Assembly (NCBI GenBank): GCA_965198005.1
Contig: CBDAOI010000004.1
Location: forward strand, 512,001 to 576,000
Direction of reading: 5' to 3'
From: Spirochaetia bacterium
GTDB lineage: Bacteria > Spirochaetota > Spirochaetia > SZUA-6 > Bin103
DNA: 64,000 nt
In this document: positions 10,096 through 19,356 of the stretch, in pieces
Numbering within the stretch: the first letter of the stretch is position 1
Layout of the letters: each line of letters starts with the position of its first letter
Notes under the pieces: generated by a model
Told to the model about the DNA's origin: nothing
The model's database searches: none
What the model saw: only the letters and a program-made list of their open reading frames with translations
Translations under genes and position numbers: made by a program

Positions 10096-10222
10096 AACTC
10101 GCTGAAATCCTCTGCTCTCATTTGAGCTCCTCTCGAATCAGCCTCGACAGTATTCTCAACTGCGGAGGACTCAGATCTTCCCGATCGCTCTTGGTGTAGA
10201 GGAACAACAAGTAGATTGTCTC
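10096..10222 (-). pseudogene. RelE/HigB-like toxin C-terminus plus first codons of its HTH antitoxin
   Basis: Own translation: TIYLLFLYTKSDREDLSPPQLRILSRLIREELK* with an ATGA overlap into MRAEDFSEL. Confidence 0.7.
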
Positions 10223-10225
10223 CTC

Positions 10226-10362
10226 ATCAGGCGGTTATTGCTGATAATCCCCACCCTGCTTCTACTGACCATCATAGTCTTGCTCGCGGTCCGCTTCATC
10301 CCCGGCGATATCATAGACGCAATTGTGGGTAGGATTGGACAACAGGGTGGCTTCGTCGATAT
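10226..10362 (+). pseudogene. DppB N-terminal fragment
   Basis: IRRLLLIIPTLLLLTIIVLLAVRFIPGDIIDAIVG. Confidence 0.8.
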
Positions 10363-10455
10363 TGCCCGCGCCTGCGCGGCGGCCGTCTCGGTGCCGGCGA
10401 CGCCGCGTAGGCTCGCAAGAGCCCGACCCTGCTGCGTACGTGGATCTGCGGGTCG

Positions 10456-11012
10456 TTACGCGAACAGACGCCGCACCGGACAGCTCAACCCGGCAGCACG
10501 TCGCCGCCGGTCAGCTCGTCCTCCTCGCCGAACGCCTGCAGCTCATGCGGTGCGCGATACACGTGGACGGTACGGGTGGCCGGCTCGACGATCCACACCA
10601 GCCGGGTGCCGGCGTGGAAATATTCGGCCACCTTGGTCTGCAACTCGGTGAAGCGGTCGGACGGCGAGGCGACTTCCACGGCGAAGTCGGGCGCGAACGG
10701 CCAGAAGCCGGTGGGGACCCCGGTCGCGGGAATGCGCGCCCTGGCGACGAAGGCGGCGTCCGGCGCGCGCACCACGTCGGGAGTGCGCTGCAGGATGAAC
10801 CCGGTTTCAGCGCCGCAGCACACTCCAGCCTGGGAGGTATCCAGATACTGTTCCAGCATACGAGCCAGCTTGCTGGTCACCACGCCGTGCTCGGCACCGG
10901 TTGGACTCATGCGGACCAGCTCGCCGCCGGCGAGCTCATACTTGTAATCGTCATCCGGACGCTCCAACAGTTCTTCGGCGGTGATCAGCGATACCCGGGC
11001 TGCAGTCGCCAC
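10456..11012 (-). CDS. Uma2/DUF820 family endonuclease (1-nt frameshift near the 3' end)
   Basis: YELAGGELVRMSP, PDAAFV, APDFAVEVASPSD, KVAEYF. GGAGG RBS before GTG 11012. The expected tail GLSCPVRRLFA* is in another frame. Confidence 0.9.
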
Positions 11013-11066
11013 TCGATCCTCCCTCGTTGGCCTCGAACTGGTGCTCGGCACCACTTAGCGTCATCG

Positions 11067-11072
11067 ATTATA
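11067..11072 (-). promoter_or_regulatory. -10 element (TATAAT) for the Uma2 gene
   Basis: Perfect TATAAT in GC-rich intergenic DNA, about 55 nt upstream of the start. Confidence 0.5.
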
Positions 11073-11141
11073 GCGGTTGGTACGACGGGGAACCACCGGA
11101 CCGGTGCACCGGTGCACCGGCGTGACGCGCGGCGGGTCATG

Positions 11142-11882
11142 TCACATCACCCCGGGGCGGCCGGCCAGGAGGGACAGGGGGTCGGTGACCGGTACCGGCG
11201 TGCGCATCAGATAGGCCTCGCCGAAGGTGGCTCCGATCATGCTCCCCCAGAAGCGGTGGCGCGCCTCCCACCCGGCCAGATAATCGGGGCTCGACAGGTA
11301 GGTCCGGCCTGCGGAGTCGGACCCGCCGTCCGGTGCCGGCGGGCGGTGGAGCTGCGAGGCGTAGCACGCCGCGGCGCGCGCCTTGGTCGCGAACTGGTCG
11401 CTGATGTCGACGATCAGCGACGGGCGCCGGGTGTAGCGCGACAGGTAGAACAGCATCGCCTCCGGGCGGTGGGGGCCGCGGCCGCCGGGATGCTTGGCGA
11501 TGCCGGCGGACCACCAGGCGTCCTTCATCAGCAGACTGGTGTTGACGTGATCGGGGTGGTGATCCTCCCAGTAGGGACCGACCAGCATGCGCGGGCGCTC
11601 GGCGCGGATCACTTCGACCAGCCGGGTCCGGTACTCGACGGTGCGCTCCACGAAGCCGTCCGGCAGGTTCAGATCCAGGCGCACGTCCAGTCCCAGGACG
11701 GCGGTGGCGCGGGCGCGTTCCGCCCGGCGCAGCTCCGGCGTGCCGCGCGTTCCCTGCTCGCCGCGGGTCAGGTCGACCACGCCGACGCGGGCGCCCGCGG
11801 CCTTGCACCGCAGCAGCAGGCCGGCGCAAGCCAATTCGGCGTCGTCCGGGTGGGCGCACACCGCCAGCACGTCTACAGCCAT
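11142..11882 (-). CDS. PIG-L family deacetylase, BshB1-like
   Basis: AHPDDAEL, DLTRGEQGTRGT, RRAE, HHPDH motifs. Confidence 0.85.
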   Translation of the reverse strand: MAVDVLAVCAHPDDAELACAGLLLRCKAAGARVGVVDLTRGEQGTRGTPELRRAERARATAVLGLDVRLDLNLPDGFVERTVEYRTRLVEVIRAERPRMLVGPYWEDHHPDHVNTSLLMKDAWWSAGIAKHPGGRGPHRPEAMLFYLSRYTRRPSLIVDISDQFATKARAAACYASQLHRPPAPDGGSDSAGRTYLSSPDYLAGWEARHRFWGSMIGATFGEAYLMRTPVPVTDPLSLLAGRPGVM

Positions 11883-11897
11883 CGCCGCCCGATAGTA

Positions 11898-13178
11898 TCA
11901 GAACACCTCTTCCAGCACATAGAAGTAGTTCTCGTCGGTGCCGAAGATCAGGAACTTGCCGGCGGCCACGGGGGCGCTCAGCACCGCGCCCTGCAACTCC
12001 ATTTGCCACAGCAGCTTGCCATTGCGGGCCGACAGCGCCACCAGCCGCGGCGGCGTGCCGCCGGGCAGGTTGTCGCCGCGCACGCCGAAGTAGACCCGGT
12101 CGCCGGCGACCGTGGGGGCGCTGCTGGTGGGGTAGCGGAAGGTGTGCCGCCACGCCGGGCGGCCGTTGCGGGTGTCGAACGCGCGCACCACCGCGTCGCC
12201 GCTGGTGTAGATGACCGTATTGCGCCACAGCGACGGCGCCAGGTAGTCGAGCAGGCGCAGGCTGTCCAGAAACACCTGCCGCGGGTGGTATATCAGCTCG
12301 CCGGCGTCGCCGAAGAATGACTGGTCCTCGCTGGTCCACAGCCCCTCGCCGGTGACGCGGTCGACCGCGTGGTAGACGAAGCGCAGATTGCCCGCCGGGC
12401 TGCGCCCGGGTCCGGCCGCGGAGTAGAACAGCTCGCGGCCGCGCAGGGCCGGGAACGAGTACCAGTTGAGGCCGGGGGTGGTGGACTTGATCCACAGGTA
12501 GGAGTGGTCGTACACATCGTAGGCGCCGAAGCTGGCGCCGCGGCCGGGCGGGCCCGGCGCCCAGTACATCACGCCGTCGTACACCTGGAACGTGTGGTAG
12601 GACCAGACCGGATTGGGGAGCAGGTGGACCTGCTCGCCGTCGGCGGTGAGAAAGTGGGTGTTGCCGCGGTCGCTGGTGAACATCACCAGGTCCTCGTAGC
12701 GCAGAATCAGCGACTGCACGGTGTACCGGGTGCGGAACCGCCACTGCTCCTCACCCGTGTGGCGCGACACGGCGTACACGAAGCCGTCGTTGGACCCGAA
12801 GTAGAGGTTGTCGCGGTCGGCGAACGGGACCGAGTTCACCGGCGCCCGCGACTTGAAGATCCAGCGCATGTAGCCGCTGTGCACGTCGAGGGCGTAGAAG
12901 TTGCCGTCGTCGGAGCCGAAGTAGACGGTATCGTCCACCACCACCGGCGGGTTGAAGGAGCGCGCGCGGGCCCCCGCCACCTGGAGCTGAAGCTGCCACT
13001 TGACCGCCAGCGGCGGCTGAATCCGGGTACGGGTGACGCCGCGCCCCTCTTCCCCCCGGAACATTACCCAGTCGCTGCTGCCGCTCGCATGCGCCGCCGG
13101 CGCCAGTATGCTTCCTAGCATGAACAGCACCGCCAACAGCGGTAGTATGGATTGGGGCCGGTCAGCCGGTTCCTTCAC
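11898..13178 (-). CDS. Exported PQQ-like/BamB-like beta-propeller repeat protein
   Basis: Signal peptide ending AHA. Repeated VYFGSDDGNFYALD...W blades. Confidence 0.85.
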   Translation of the reverse strand: MKEPADRPQSILPLLAVLFMLGSILAPAAHASGSSDWVMFRGEEGRGVTRTRIQPPLAVKWQLQLQVAGARARSFNPPVVVDDTVYFGSDDGNFYALDVHSGYMRWIFKSRAPVNSVPFADRDNLYFGSNDGFVYAVSRHTGEEQWRFRTRYTVQSLILRYEDLVMFTSDRGNTHFLTADGEQVHLLPNPVWSYHTFQVYDGVMYWAPGPPGRGASFGAYDVYDHSYLWIKSTTPGLNWYSFPALRGRELFYSAAGPGRSPAGNLRFVYHAVDRVTGEGLWTSEDQSFFGDAGELIYHPRQVFLDSLRLLDYLAPSLWRNTVIYTSGDAVVRAFDTRNGRPAWRHTFRYPTSSAPTVAGDRVYFGVRGDNLPGGTPPRLVALSARNGKLLWQMELQGAVLSAPVAAGKFLIFGTDENYFYVLEEVF

Positions 13179-13205
13179 CGAAGGCTCGCTGAGGGCATTG
13201 GGCGC

Positions 13206-15698
13206 TCAATAGTACAGGGCGCGCAGGGTGAGGGCGCGGCGCAGGAGGGGGCGCAGGCCGGGTTTGCGCAGCCGCTGTACGGCGGTCCGGTACTGGGCGC
13301 GCAGCTCGGACCAGGTGCCGAGGTGCTCGCCGGGGTCGAAGGCGGTGCGGTAGCGCAGCATCGTGTAGAGGGCGGCGAACCGTTCGATTTCGGGATAGCG
13401 CCGGGCGTACTCCTGCATGGTGTGGGCGTGGTCCTTCAGCGCGCAGCCGGCGTTCGCCATGCGCATGTAGAGCAGGTTGCCCAGGGCGCGCAGGCCGGAG
13501 CCGTCGGTCTGCCGCGCCCGCAGGGCCAGCCACCCCTGGCGGCCGTAGCGCAGGCCGTAGGCGCCGGCCACGGCCAGCACCGTCAGGGTCGCCAGCACCG
13601 TCAGGGCGAAGCGCCAGGGGAATATGAAGCTGCGCGGCGCCGGCACCTCCTCCACTTCGATGATCGGGATCACGATGTCGAGCATGTTGGCGTCGGCGGA
13701 CGGGGGCGGCGGCTTGGCGTAGCTGGTGGTCTCGAAGTCCACCCAGCCGTAGTCGGGCAGCCAGAACTGGGTCCAGGAGTGGCGGTGGGCGGTGGTGATC
13801 AGGTAGAGGTCGTCCATCGGGTATGCCTGGAGCGGCTCGATCGACTGCCGCAGGAGGGCGGCGCCGCGCTGGTGCTGCGGGGTCTGGAGCGAGTCGGAGC
13901 CAAGGTAGCCGGTCACGACGCGCGTCGGGATCCCGAGCATTCGCCCCAGGATCGCCGACGTATTGGAGAATTCGGTGCAGTCGCCGGAGCGGGTCTCGAA
14001 CAGGAAGCGGTCGACGTGCGCGATCGACACGTCGTCGGTGAAGCCGATCTCGTACTGGTAGGGGGCGAAGCTGCGCAGGATCAGGTCGATCCGGTCGTAG
14101 TAGCTCTGCGCGTCGCCGGCGAACCGGTCGAGGTAGGACTGGAAGCGGGCGCGTTGCTCCGCGTCCAGCGGCACCTCCAGAAAGCTGCTCATGTGCTCCC
14201 GCTCGCGCGCGGTGAGCGGCCGTGCCCGGCGCCACAGGTCGCTGCCGCCGGTGGCAATCTCGGACACCACCAGGTAGGAGAGATCGAACGGGTGATAGCG
14301 CCGCTGCTGGACGGTGGGCTCGACGGCGAGCGGACGGTACTGCAGCACCCGTTCCGGGATGGTGGAGAAGAACGTGTGCTCGATCGGGCTGCGGCCGCGG
14401 TCACCGTGCGGCTCGGGCGCCCGCCACGTGTCGAGCAGGCGCCGGTATACCAGGTCGTTGAGCGGTTCGCCGTCGGAGTAGGAGAACCCGTGGACCGGAT
14501 CGAACCTGCCGAAGTAGCCGTCGGCGGCATACACCGGGTCGCGGGTGCTGGCGACGACCATTACGGCGTACTGCTTGCTGTCGCCCTCGCCGTCGCCGGA
14601 TTCGTTGCCCCGGTCGCCCTCGTTCTGCTGTTCTCCCCCACTCGGCTCGGTGGAAGAACCGCCGGCTCCGGCCTGGCCCTGCTCGGTGGCGCTGCCGGCG
14701 CTGCCGTCACGCGGCTCGCCCGGCGCGGGCGCCGGCTGCGGCTGCGTGCGCTGGTCCCACTCGTCCGCGGGAATTCCCTCCAGGCCGGGCATCGGGCCCT
14801 GCTGCTGGCCGCCGGTCCCTTGCTCACCGCGCTCCTGCGGCTGCTCCTGCGGCTCCTCACCGGCGCCGCCCGCGCCGCCGCCGGGGCGCTCGGGCGGCTC
14901 CCAGGAGTCCTCGCCGCGCAGGTTGCCGCCGGGCGGCGCGTTGCTGAAGTCGTCCACCGGCACCGGCGGCGACGGCGGCAGCTCGTTGAGCTGGTTGAAG
15001 GCGACGTGGTGCTCGACAAAGTCCGGCGGCAGCAGCACCGCCAGCAGCAGGATCAGCGGCACCGCGGCCGCCAGCAGCGCCAGCTCGCGCCGCCCGCGCC
15101 GGCGCTGCTCGTTGCCCCGGACGCCGAATCTCCGTTGCGGGAACGCGGCCTGATAGATCACCACGGCGTGCACCAGGAAGCCGGCGATGCCGACCAGCAG
15201 AAGCACGGTGGTGAGCAGCGAGCTGGCCCCCGAAATCGCCTCCGAGGCGCGTGCGAAGCGCAGCATCTTGACGTACACGTAACCGATGAAGAACAGCTCC
15301 GCCGCGGCCAGGGTGTGGCCGTACTCACGCGCACCGAAGATCAGCAGCGTGAGCGCGAAGGCGCCGGCTCCGGCCAGAACCACCAGCCAGGCGGCGCTGT
15401 CCAGGCCGGTGCCGAAGGCCACCGCCGCGGCGACCGCAAGCGCCGCGGCCACCAGCAGGCGGTTGGGAGTGAGCCGGGTGCGGACGGCGGCCGCCAGCCG
15501 CGTGCGGGACGGTGGCGTGGCGGGTGCACCCGCGATGGCGCCGCGCAGCGCGTACGCCAGCAGCATCTCCAGCGGTACCAGTGCAAACCACACCAGGTAG
15601 CCCGCGCGATCGTAGGGCACCACTACCGCCGGATGCACCAGCGGCAGCGCTACCGCGATGGCGTACACCAGCAGGCGGGTCAGGAAGAGAAGGTGCAC
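13206..15698 (-). CDS. Membrane-anchored transglutaminase-like protein
   Basis: Several N-terminal TM helices, a G/E/Q-rich linker, then GDCTEFS...LGIPTRVVTGY...HSWTQFWLPDYGWVDFETT. Start inferred at GTG 15698. Confidence 0.85.
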   Translation of the reverse strand: MHLLFLTRLLVYAIAVALPLVHPAVVVPYDRAGYLVWFALVPLEMLLAYALRGAIAGAPATPPSRTRLAAAVRTRLTPNRLLVAAALAVAAAVAFGTGLDSAAWLVVLAGAGAFALTLLIFGAREYGHTLAAAELFFIGYVYVKMLRFARASEAISGASSLLTTVLLLVGIAGFLVHAVVIYQAAFPQRRFGVRGNEQRRRGRRELALLAAAVPLILLLAVLLPPDFVEHHVAFNQLNELPPSPPVPVDDFSNAPPGGNLRGEDSWEPPERPGGGAGGAGEEPQEQPQERGEQGTGGQQQGPMPGLEGIPADEWDQRTQPQPAPAPGEPRDGSAGSATEQGQAGAGGSSTEPSGGEQQNEGDRGNESGDGEGDSKQYAVMVVASTRDPVYAADGYFGRFDPVHGFSYSDGEPLNDLVYRRLLDTWRAPEPHGDRGRSPIEHTFFSTIPERVLQYRPLAVEPTVQQRRYHPFDLSYLVVSEIATGGSDLWRRARPLTAREREHMSSFLEVPLDAEQRARFQSYLDRFAGDAQSYYDRIDLILRSFAPYQYEIGFTDDVSIAHVDRFLFETRSGDCTEFSNTSAILGRMLGIPTRVVTGYLGSDSLQTPQHQRGAALLRQSIEPLQAYPMDDLYLITTAHRHSWTQFWLPDYGWVDFETTSYAKPPPPSADANMLDIVIPIIEVEEVPAPRSFIFPWRFALTVLATLTVLAVAGAYGLRYGRQGWLALRARQTDGSGLRALGNLLYMRMANAGCALKDHAHTMQEYARRYPEIERFAALYTMLRYRTAFDPGEHLGTWSELRAQYRTAVQRLRKPGLRPLLRRALTLRALYY

Positions 15699-17038
15699 AG
15701 GTACCTCACTGAGAGCGGCTGCTCGTCCAGGAGACGGAGCCGGGGACCGCCGCCCACGCCGACCGGGCGCGCGCGGCGGTCCGCGGCCCAGGTCCAACCA
15801 CTGCCCAGCGTCACCGGGAGGGGCGATTCGTTGACATACATGCGAAACGGCTCCGGGCGCGCGGCGGCGGCGACATTGGCAGCGGCGCGGCGGGGAGCCA
15901 CGGCCACCGTGCGGAACAGGTTGACCGTGGCCGCCCCGCAGCGCTCCAGGAAGCGTGGCAGCTCGCGGTCGAACAGGGTGGAGAACACGAACAGCTCCCG
16001 GGCCGGCGCGTGGGTGGCCGCGGGCGGCTCGCCGGTCAGCGGCAACTCGGCGAGGTGGCGGGCGAAGGTATCGATCGCCTCCATCGACTCCAGCTCGTGG
16101 CGCTCGTCGCCGGTGTCCACCAGGAAGGTGAATTCGGGGTGCCGCTGCTTGACCACGCGCAGGAAGGTGAGCAGCCAGCTCTTGGCGAAATCCAGATGGA
16201 GCACCGCGGCCAGGGTCTCGCCGCCCGGCTGCGGACCACGCCGGCGGGCCGCGCGCGCTCTGCGCAGCACCACGTGGAGCTGTTGGGTAGGTTCCTGCGT
16301 GAGCGGCGAGATCCGCGTAATCAACTCCCCGAGACGGCTGCTCGCCTTCCAGTTGATGTCCTTGAGACGGTCGCCGGGGATGTACTGGCGCATGAAGTAC
16401 TGCTCTTCGTCCGCGGTCTGGGAACGCTGGGTGGTATCGTAGCTGACCGATACGTCCACCCGCGGCGCGGCCTGCTCGCCCAACAGGCCGGGGCGCACGA
16501 CCAGTTCGCGCCGTTCGGGACCGCGAATCTGCGCGCGGGTGAGGCCGAACACGTCCCGCACCGTCAGCCGGCCGGTGAGCTGCAGGCGTCCGCTGGTCGG
16601 AAACCAGAGCGGCACCGGCAGCTCGCCGCCGGGCGCCGCCACCTCGCGGTAGCCGTGGAGGGCGGCGTGGGCCCCCGCCTGCAATCGCCATGCGACGCGG
16701 AAGTGGATACGGTAGAACAGCCAGCTCCGCGCCGACCGCGTCCGCAGGCGGTGACGGGTGCCGCGTTCGCGGGCGGCCAGCACTGCCGCGGTATCCCATT
16801 CGAACTCGACCAGCTTGAAGCGGTACGCCTGTAATCGGCCCAAGCCGGCCAGCACCAGCAACACCACGAAGGCGAAGATCGAAAGCAGGAACTCATGCGG
16901 GGAACCGGTGGCGAAGGCACTCCCCAACAGGTACACGGCCGCCGCGAACAGGGCGCTGCCCGGCACGGTGAGCGGGTAGAGGCGCAGCACCGGCGGGAGC
17001 CGCCCCCAGGCGGCGCGCGTCGTAGCCGCTGCGCGCAC
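15680..17038 (-). CDS. DUF58 domain protein
   Basis: MRQYIPGDRLKDINWKASSR signature and DVFGL. N-terminal TM helices. Confidence 0.9.
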   Translation of the reverse strand: MRAAATTRAAWGRLPPVLRLYPLTVPGSALFAAAVYLLGSAFATGSPHEFLLSIFAFVVLLVLAGLGRLQAYRFKLVEFEWDTAAVLAARERGTRHRLRTRSARSWLFYRIHFRVAWRLQAGAHAALHGYREVAAPGGELPVPLWFPTSGRLQLTGRLTVRDVFGLTRAQIRGPERRELVVRPGLLGEQAAPRVDVSVSYDTTQRSQTADEEQYFMRQYIPGDRLKDINWKASSRLGELITRISPLTQEPTQQLHVVLRRARAARRRGPQPGGETLAAVLHLDFAKSWLLTFLRVVKQRHPEFTFLVDTGDERHELESMEAIDTFARHLAELPLTGEPPAATHAPARELFVFSTLFDRELPRFLERCGAATVNLFRTVAVAPRRAAANVAAAARPEPFRMYVNESPLPVTLGSGWTWAADRRARPVGVGGGPRLRLLDEQPLSVRYLCTFSS

Positions 17039-17051
17039 CGTGCGCCCCGGT

Positions 17052-18170
17052 TTACGCGGTAGCCGGCGCGGTCGCCCCGCGCCGCGCCGGCCGGTGAACG
17101 TCGGCAGGCACCGAGTCGAGGAGCTCGCGCAGCACGTCCGCCGCCGAGGTCGCCGGATCCTGCATGATCAGCCGATGGGCGACCGCAGGCACGAGAATCT
17201 CCTTGATCAGATCCACCGCGACCCAGTTGTCACCGCGCACCATCGCCAGGGCGCGCGCCAAGCGCGACAGCTTGATCCCCGCGCGCGGGCTGGCGCCGGT
17301 CTCGATGGCGGGATGGCTGCGCGTCTGCCGCACCAGGGTCACCAGATAAGACACCACGTCGGCGTGGATCGAGACGCCGTCGACCATCCGTTGCCACTGG
17401 TTGAGGCGGTCTTGGGGCACCACCGGAGCAAACCCCTGCCAGGAATCCTCGCGCCCATGCTGGTGCACGATCGCCTCCTCGTCACCGTCCGTGGGGTAGC
17501 CCAATGAGAGCTGCACCATGAAGCGGTCGAGTTGCGGCACCGGCAGCGGGAACAGGTGCGCGCCCTTGAGGTTCATGGTGGCGATGATGAAGAACGGATC
17601 GGGCAGATGATAGGTGCGCCCCTCGATCGAGATCGCCTGCTCCTCCATCGCCTGAAAAAAGCTGCCCTGCGTCTTGGGAGTGAGCAGGTTGATCTCGTCG
17701 CACAGCACGAAGTGGGCGAAGATCGGTCCCCGGTTGAAGATGAAGGAGCTGCTGCCGGTCTCGTAGCGGGAGAAGCCGAGAATGTCCTGCGGCAGCAGAT
17801 CGACGGTGCACTGAATGCGGCTGAAGCTTTCGATCGGGACCTGCTCGGCCGACAGATCTACCCCCGTCTGGCCGTCGTGGCTCGACAGCGTCGCCGCTCT
17901 GACCGGCAGCTCGCCAGCGTCGCCGGCCGTGCCGTCGCCGTGGCTGGTCCAGTCGATGGACTGTGCCAGAGCCTTGGCCAGGGAGGTCTTGCCCACGCCG
18001 TGGGAGTCGGCCAGGATCACGTGGCCGCCGGCGATCTTGGCCGCGATCAGGTACTCCAGGGTGCGCGCCTCAAGGTAGATCAGCGAGCGGACATTGACCA
18101 GCAGGCGCTGGATCTCGGCACTGATCGAGCGCACCTCAGCGGCGTTCAGGGTCGTGCGTGCGATGTTGAC
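17052..18170 (-). CDS. MoxR-family AAA+ ATPase (start uncertain)
   Basis: GGHVILADSHGVGKT, RIQCTVDLLPQDI, LCDEIN, QAMEE, PQLDRF, GASPRA. Confidence 0.92.
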   Translation of the reverse strand, partial: VNIARTTLNAAEVRSISAEIQRLLVNVRSLIYLEARTLEYLIAAKIAGGHVILADSHGVGKTSLAKALAQSIDWTSHGDGTAGDAGELPVRAATLSSHDGQTGVDLSAEQVPIESFSRIQCTVDLLPQDILGFSRYETGSSSFIFNRGPIFAHFVLCDEINLLTPKTQGSFFQAMEEQAISIEGRTYHLPDPFFIIATMNLKGAHLFPLPVPQLDRFMVQLSLGYPTDGDEEAIVHQHGREDSWQGFAPVVPQDRLNQWQRMVDGVSIHADVVSYLVTLVRQTRSHPAIETGASPRAGIKLSRLARALAMVRGDNWVAVDLIKEILVPAVAHRLIMQDPATSAADVLRELLDSVPADVHRPARRGATAPATA

Positions 18171-18352
18171 TGGGACTGTAGCGGCCGCGGCGTCACCCAC
18201 AATACAGGCAATGATACTGCCGCCCGCGTGCCGAGAAAAGGGGGCCTGATCGTCCCCTATCGTCCCGATCACGGCGCTGCGGATCACCCGCGAGTAGCTC
18301 AGGAACGCTGGTCCGGCTTGCAGGCCCGCGCGAGCTGGCCTACGCTGCCGCC

Positions 18353-19262
18353 ATGGCCAGCACCAAAGCACCGCCAACCAGGCGGTACGAAGTATACGAA
18401 GTAGGGCAACCCGGGCGCGCCCAATCGCCGGCGTTCCCGGGCTGCAAGCCCGTCCGCCTGCCGCGCACCGAGATCGACTACGGCTCGATGGACCTGCTGC
18501 TGCGCGACGCCGGCGGCGAGCCGCGGCGCATCATGCAGGCGGACGAGTCAGTGTACCTGCATCCGGCGCGGGCCAAGCCGGGACCTGCGGCCATGGTGGT
18601 GGGCGAGGATGACTTTCCCGACGTGGTGCTGGAAGTGGATCACACTACGGACGCGCGGCGGGGCAAGCTGGCGCTGTACGAGGACTGGGGCTTTCCGGAA
18701 GTGTGGGTAGACGTGCCGGACACGCTGTCGCCGAGGCGGGCACGCGGGCGGCGCCCGGGACTGACGATTCATCTGCTGGAGCATGGTCGGTTCCGGGTTG
18801 CGGCCGAGAGCCGGGCGTTTCCCGGCTGGCGGGCGGACGAGATTCACGAGGCGCTGAACGAGCCGGCGCCATCCGCGCGCACCAGCGCGGTGTTGGAGCG
18901 GGTTGCAGCAGCGCTCGGCGCGCGCGAAGGCACCGGCCCGGACGACGACCCGCTGTTCCGTTCGCAACGGCGCCAGGGGTTCGAGCACGGCCGCGCGGAA
19001 GGTCGCGCGGAAGGTCGCGCGGAAGGCCGTGCGGAAGGCCGTGCGGAAGGCCGTGCGGAAGGCCACGCGGAAGGCCACGCGGAAGGGTCGTGCGGAAGCC
19101 CGTGCGCAGATGGTCCGTCAGATCCTGCGGTCACGTGGCATTGAAGTGTCGGCGAGGTTCTCCACCGCTACGGAGGCGTTCGCCGCGGCGTCCGAGGAGG
19201 CGCTGCTGGCGGCGGCGCTTGGCTGCGCGGATGAGGCGGACTTTCTTGCCGCGCTCCGGTGA
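18353..19262 (+). pseudogene. Uma2-like endonuclease with apparent internal deletion and a frameshift after a GRAE repeat
   Basis: PDVVLEVDHTTDARRGKLALYEDWGFPEVW. The C-terminus (ARAQMVRQILRSRG...FLAALR*) is in another frame. Confidence 0.75.
18989..19097 (+). repeat. 12-bp tandem repeat GGYCRYGCGGAA (about 9 units, encoding GRAE/GHAE)
   Basis: Directly visible. An extra G after the eighth unit shifts the frame. Confidence 0.95.
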
Positions 19263-19356
19263 TCGCGCGACCGGGGCGGCTGACCTCGCTCGCCATGGCC
19301 CAAGCCTCATAGCTTTCCGCCAGTCGTTGCTTTGCGCCAGTCGTTTGGCCGGTGGG

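Noticed and set aside
18989..19097. Possible CRISPR array
   Set aside because: Contiguous 12-bp coding repeat with no spacers and no cas genes in the window.
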